Below are positions 58,090-64,000 of a stretch of 64,000 nucleotides of DNA, one piece after another. The stretch's first letter is position 1. Every line of letters starts with the position of its first letter. Source of the stretch: Macrostomum lignano (lineage: Eukaryota); contig NIVC01002652.1 of NCBI GenBank assembly GCA_002269645.1, positions 1 to 64,000 on the forward strand, written 5' to 3'. A model generated the notes under the pieces. That model searched no databases. It saw only the letters and a list, made by a program, of their open reading frames with translations, and was not told where the DNA came from. A program made the position numbers and the translations under genes.

Positions 58090-59953
58090 CACTGAAGGAG
58101 CGGAGGTTAACAGTGGCAGGTCACTGAAGGAGCGGAGGTTAACAGTGACAGGTCACTGAAGGAGCGGAGGTTAGCAGTGGCAGGTCACTGAAGGAGCGGA
58201 GGTTAACAGTGGCAGGTCACTGAAGGAGCGGAGGTTAGCAGTGGCAGGTCACTGAAGGAGCGGAGGTTAACAGTGGCAGGTCACTGAAGGAGCGGAGGTT
58301 AACAGTGGCAGGTCACTGAAGGAGCGGAGGTTAGCAGTGGCAGGTCACTGAAGGAGCGGAGGTTAACAGTGGCAGGTCACTGAAGGAGCGGAGGTTAGCA
58401 GTGGCAGGTCACTGAAGGAGCGGAGGTTAACAGTGGCAGGTCACTGAAGGAGCGGAGGTTAACAGTGACAGGTCACTGAAGGAGCGGAGGTTAACAGTGG
58501 CAGGTCACTGAAGGAGCGGAGGTTAACAGTGGCAGGTCACTGAAGGAGCGGAGGTTAACAGTGGCAGGTCACTGAAGGAGCGGAGGTTAACAGTGGCAGG
58601 TCACTGGAGGAGCGGAGCGGAGGTTAACAGTGGCAGGTCACTGAAGGAGCGGAGGTTAACAGTGGCAGGTCACTGAAGGAGCGGAGGTTAACAGTGACAG
58701 GTCACTGAAGGAGCGGAGGTTAACAGTGGCAGGTCACTGAAGGAGCGGAGGTTAACAGTGGCAGGTCACTGGAGGAGCGGAGCGGAGGTTAACAGTGGCA
58801 GGTCACTGAAGGAGCGGAGGTTAACAGTGGCAGGTCACTGAAGGAGCGGAGGTTAACAGTGACAGGTCACTGAAGGAGCGGAGGTTAACAGTGGCAGGTC
58901 ACTGAAGGAGCGGAGGTTAACAGTGGCAGGTCACTGAAGGAGCGGAGGTTAACAGTGGCAGGTCACTGAAGGAGCGGAGGTTAACAGTGGCAGGTCACTG
59001 GAGGAGCGGAGCGGAGGTTAACAGTGGCAGGTCACTGAAGGAGCGGAGGTTAACAGTGGCAGGTCACTGAAGGAGCGGAGGTTAACAGTGACAGGTCACT
59101 GGAGTAGCGGAGGTTAACAGTGGCAGGTCACTGAAGGAGCGGAGGTTAACAGTGGCAGGTCACTGGAGGAGCGGAGCGGAGGTTAACAGTGGCAGGTCAC
59201 TGAAGGAGCGGAGGTTAACAGTGGCAGGTCACTGAAGGAGCGGAGGTTAACAGTGACAGGTCACTGGAGTAGCGGAGGTTAACAGTGACAGGTCACTGAA
59301 GGAGCGGAGGTTAACAGTGGCAGGTCACTGGAGGAGCGGAGCGGAGGTTAACAGTGGCAGGTCACTGAAGGAGCGGAGGTTAACAGTGGCAGGTCACTGA
59401 AGGAGCGGAGGTTAACAGTGGCAGGTCAGTGGAGGAGCGGAGGTTAACAGTGGCAGGTCACTGAAGGAGCGGAGGTTAACAGTGACAGGTCACTGGAGTA
59501 GCGGAGGTTAACAGTGGCAGGTCACTGAAGGAGCGGAGGTTAACAGTGGCAGGTCACTGAAGGAGCGGAGGTTAACAGTGACAGGTCACTGAAGGAGCGG
59601 AGGTTAACAGTGGCAGGTCACTGAAGGAGCGGAGGTTAACAGTGGCAGGTCACTGAAGGAGCGGAGGTTAACAGTGACAGGTCACTGAAGGAGCGGAGGT
59701 TAACAGTGGCAGGTCACTGGAGTAGCGGAGGTTAACAGTGGCAGGTCACTGAAGGAGCGGAGGTTAACAGTGGCAGGTCACTGAAGGAGCGGAGGTTAAC
59801 AGTGGCAGGTCACTGAAGGAGCGGAGGTTAACAGTGGCAGGTCACTGAAGGAGCGGAGGTTAACAGTGGCAGGTCACTGAAGGAGCGGAGGTTAACAGTG
59901 GCAGGTCACTGAAGGAGCGGAGGTTAACAGTGGCAGGTCACTGAAGGAGCGGA
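58090..59953. repeat. 32-bp minisatellite, about 58 copies
   Basis: Unit AGGTCACTGAAGGAGCGGAGGTTAACAGTGGC. Confidence 0.97.
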
Positions 59954-62689
59954 TTATTAAAATAGCTTTTGAAAGTGTAGATATCCTAATAAAAGGGATT
60001 GCTCCGAGCTAAAATTCCCGAATGCCGGATAGAATCGCGGTGAACAGAGGAACTTACCACTTGAGTTTGGCGCAGAATTTTGCCAAACTTTAGACAGCTA
60101 ATCGAAGTTTAGATTTTTAGCGTTGAAACTGACCGCCTCGGATTGTAATAAATGAGTAACTGAATGAGCAGCACTCGTGGGTTTTGGAGAGAGAGAGTAG
60201 GGCCCCGTTATCGCTGTGGTGTCTAACTTTTAAAAACTTCGGGCCGGAGTGAGGCCGGGGTGAGGAGGGGACGGAGGTGTGGGAGGGCCCCCAGTCGTTG
60301 CGGCTGGCGGAAGTTGGCGAACACTGGGCAGTCCCCATTGGCCAGCAGAGGGTTTGGGGGAGGGGCACCCGAGGGTAGCCCATGCTGTTGAGGTACTACT
60401 GACACGGATGATACTACTGAGACACACAACACCGCTTTCAGACCAGAATCTGCAACTGAAACTCCCAGAGCGACTGCGCAAATAAACGCTAATAGTTGAG
60501 CGCAGATTATCTTCCCTATGGGATAGCAGGAGTGGCACCCAGGATACTGCTGCACTGGGGAAGTGATGTTGCCTCTCCCCCAACCAGAAGGCCTCACGAA
60601 CCTTTGGCAGCTTTAGCTCAACACTTCCCCTCTCTGCTGTCCCATCTCCCCTTCTCCGCTATTATGGAGAGGATAAAACACCGGACTGCGAGTTCGCTTT
60701 GTGTTTTCGTTTTGGGGATCTGGGCGTTGGGTCAGCAGCCCGTGCTTGGGGTCCCGGCCGGAAGCTGGGGGCGCCAAGTCACTTTTCTCCCCCCTCCCAG
60801 CATCCAGCCTCGCTCTCTCAGCACCTCAATGGGATAATACAGGGAAGCTGGGCAGGGGATATGCTCCGCCCCTCCCAGCTCAGGCCTTGAGTCGTTGAAG
60901 TTGTGGCCCTCCTCAGCTCCCGGACACCGCTTGTAAAACCAGCTTTTTGTATGCAGCAGCCCAGCTTTTTCAAGGGAAGCAGCCAGCGCACGGGGTCTTC
61001 CTTCTGCCTTCTCCATCCGTGCAAGTTGTTTCCTTTCTGGTGCCTCCTCTGCTCCTCCCCTCCAAGCAGTTATATCTGGGGCAATAAGCTTCATCTGCTC
61101 AAAAAAGTCTCCTCAATAGAAAATTCAGCACCGCACACTCTGGGTGCTCCGAGACCGCAGTCCGGGGATGGGGGGGGGGTTAGGCGCTACGGGGGGCGGA
61201 CGGGTGAAACAATGGGAATCTTCCAGTGGGAGTTGCTGCGCTCCCTCATCTAGTTAGAAGAAGTTTTTTGGCTAATTTCTCAATTTAAGTAATAAGAAGT
61301 TTCGCTGGACCCACTTGAGGCCCCGTTGAGACCTAACTGGAGACTCAAGCTGCTTCTCTCTTGGGTGTCAAGTTCTGAAAAATTTAAAGAAGTGCCAGCA
61401 TCTTCTCGGCTGCACAGCACATGGGGATGTTTTCTAATTCTCTGCTTCTGGAGTCTGTCGGGTGCTCATTATGCCGGACTGTCCCCATATTCACCTGGTC
61501 ACTACAGGGATTATTACCTTGCAAAAATATCAACACTGAAACACACGGAGAGAATTCTCAGTAGTCGCCAAAATAGCAACAGGGCAGTGAGCACTGCTCA
61601 CGGCAAGACGGTGTTGCACCGTGGAGCAGGCAAAGCTACAGAGAGGCAGAGTCGTCAGTCAGGGGATCCGTGGCAGCAGTCTCGGTAATTAGAAGGCATA
61701 TACGGTTTATCAGCACAAGTCGAGCATGAACAATGCGGCGATAACGGAGCCGGGGGGCCGTATCTCAGGAGCTCTGGAGCCCGCACCCCCTTCCCCCGGG
61801 GGGGCTAACGATGTCCGCGTCCAGACTAAAGAAAGCAAAGAGAAGCAAAAGAAGAAGGAGAGGAGCAGCTCAGCAAAAGGTGATCGCCGCATTCCGCCGG
61901 GCAGCCTCCGGTGCGAGCATCTGTAAAAAAATCCCCCCCGCCCATGAGCTATTACCCCTTTTCCCCTGCCTCTGTTCCCCCAATCCCAACAGACTCACCG
62001 CACGCACGAGCCCTGAATTTACTGATTACAGGAGTCTTATATTTAGGGGTTGAAAGGCCATTAATTTACAATGGCTGAGCTGTCCGGTCTCATTCACCCC
62101 ATCCCAGCCTCCCCAGCCAGTTCCCAGCGCCTCATCAACCAGAAGTTTTTTTGGCAACGCTGGATACGGTGAAGCTGAAATAACAAATTTGCGCAGCAAA
62201 ATTAGCGACCAATTCTGCATTGCTTAACAACTGTTAATTTATAAAATTAGTCAGGCCCTTCAGGTGAGCTCCCAGCCTGGGGCTGATAATATCCTCTCAA
62301 CTGGGATATCTCAGTCAGTCAGAGAGAGAGGCTGCGATGATGGGGGGCCCAGCCCGAGCAGAACTGATTGAGCTGGAGGGCATTAAACAATCCAGGTTGG
62401 CCAAGTGTGTAGCAGGGCCTAGCAGCGGCTTACTCCAGAGGTGAGAGAGTTATTCAGCATCCCTAGGCCGCCTCATCAAGAGCCTGTGAGAGCTCGTCGG
62501 CGCCCCCGGGGCAAGCAGCTTCCTGTCAGCGGGACTTCGCATCCGCGGCATAAAAAATAATCAAAATAACAAAAGTAGAGGCAGACACAGAGTTTCACTT
62601 GATCTGCGGAGAACTGCGCTAAAATCCCAGCTAATAAACACCCTGACCATGGGATCATCAGCTCTATCAGACTGGAGACAGAGCCTGCT

Positions 62690-63360
62690 GAGAGTGAATC
62701 ACAGCATCAGTAGCGAGTGAATCACAGCATCAGTAGAGAGTGAATCACAGCATCAGTAGAGAGTGAATCACAGCATCAGTAGAGAGTGAATCACAGCGCC
62801 AGTAGATAGTGAATCACAGAATTAGTAGAGAGTGAATCACACCGCCAGTAGATAGTGAATCACAGCATCAGTAGAGAGTGAATCACAGCGCCAGTAGAGA
62901 GTGAATCACAGCGCCAGTGGAGAGTGAATCACAGCGCCAGTAGAGAGTGAATCACAGCATCAGTAGAGAGTGAATCACAGCATTAGTAGAGAGTGAATCA
63001 CAGCATCAGTAGAGAGTGAATCACAGCATCAGTAGAGAGTGAATCACAGCATCAGTAGAGAGTGAATCACAGCGCCAGTGGAGAGTGAATCACAGCATCA
63101 GTAGAGAGTGAATCACAGCATCAGTAGAAAGTGAATCACAGAATCAGTAGAGAGTGAATCACAGCATCAGTAGAGAGTGAATCACAGTATCAGTAGAGAG
63201 TGAATCACAGCGCCAGTGGAGAGTGAATCACAGCGCCAGTAGAGAGTGAATCACAGCATCAGTAGAGAGTGAATCACAGAATCAGTAGAGAGTGAATCAC
63301 AGCATTAGTAGATAGTGAATCACAGCATAAGTAGAGAGTGAATCACAGCGCCAGTGGAGT
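62690..63360. repeat. 23-bp minisatellite
   Basis: Unit AGAGAGTGAATCACAGCATCAGT. Confidence 0.95.
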
Positions 63361-64000
63361 CAGCACTCGCCACTTTGCCAGCCAATAATTTTTCTCAATA
63401 TTCCCCGTCAGATTCCGACTTTCTTTTGTTTTAGCCGCGCGCTCGCGCCCCAGAGTCCCGTCTTCATCCTGCCTTTAATATGCGCTGCCGCCTAGAAGTG
63501 GCGCCACTGATTGCATTTAAAAAAACTGAACCTGGTCTCATGGTTCCTCTTATTTCGTCCCCCTCCTCCCTCACTCTCTCGGACTCTCGTATTGCTAAAA
63601 AATCAATTTCCTCAAAAGCGAAGTGGTGAGTTCAGCCAGGCAGCCAGCCACCCGGGTATTATCCCCGCAAGGCCCAGTTTTCAACCCCCCCTTTTCCCGA
63701 GGATTTTCAAGCCTCCAATCTTCAATCCCAGCCAAGGGGCCAAGTGGCTCGCAGTTGGCGCCACCACATTTGCGCTTATATTTTGGCCGGAGCGGTAAAG
63801 CGCGCCCATATTGACAAATCTCTCTTGTTACACACCTGAAAGATATTGAATTATAACTCCCACACAGGGGGGGGGGGCAACAGCTCAGCGAAAACTTTTT
63901 GCAAGCGCGCGTACAGTTGCTGACTGACTGAGGTCCTGCAGACGGTATTGTGGGCAGGAAGGAAGCGACCTCCTCATATATTGGTCATATTGGCCCCGTG

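Noticed and set aside
58090-59953. Regular 29-39-bp repeat arrays (also 17900-18975 and 29840-30317) as CRISPR
   Set aside because: The units are contiguous with no unique spacers, no cas genes are present, and the context is eukaryotic.
60117-63814. Many short ORFs of 60-124 aa (also 44548-46713 and 55219-57815)
   Set aside because: No recognisable motifs, many have non-ATG starts, and I could not build a consistent exon chain.

Overview
This is a eukaryotic (metazoan) genomic window with GC-rich spliced exons in AT-richer introns crowded with unrelated minisatellites. That architecture resembles the flatworm Macrostomum, but the organism is an inference only. I could assemble five protein-coding genes by hand from GT-AG junctions and reading-frame continuity. 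(1) A 5'-truncated CASK/LIN-2 MAGUK (+, 608-17574) with an apparently duplicated, mutually exclusive PDZ exon and two single-base frameshifts. (2) An intronless alpha2-adrenergic-like amine GPCR (-, 24570-25835). (3) An FBXO7/nutcracker-like FP-domain F-box gene (-, 35194-37640). (4) A secreted acetylcholine-binding-protein (AChBP)-like Cys-loop ligand-binding domain with no transmembrane helices and a 9-residue Cys-loop (+, 38769-40623). (5) A 6-exon gene joining four zinc fingers to a catalytically truncated Crypton-type tyrosine-recombinase (DUF3504-like) domain (-, 42393-54628), a candidate domesticated transposon. Non-coding features include two tRNA-derived CORE-type SINE copies, a TAA-flanked MITE, a foldback-like inverted pair of 31-bp arrays, an interstitial telomere-like tract and about 30 tandem repeats. 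Most long ORFs in the supplied track are artefacts of these repeats. There is no CRISPR array or prokaryotic system. All family assignments come from recalled motifs, not from database searches.
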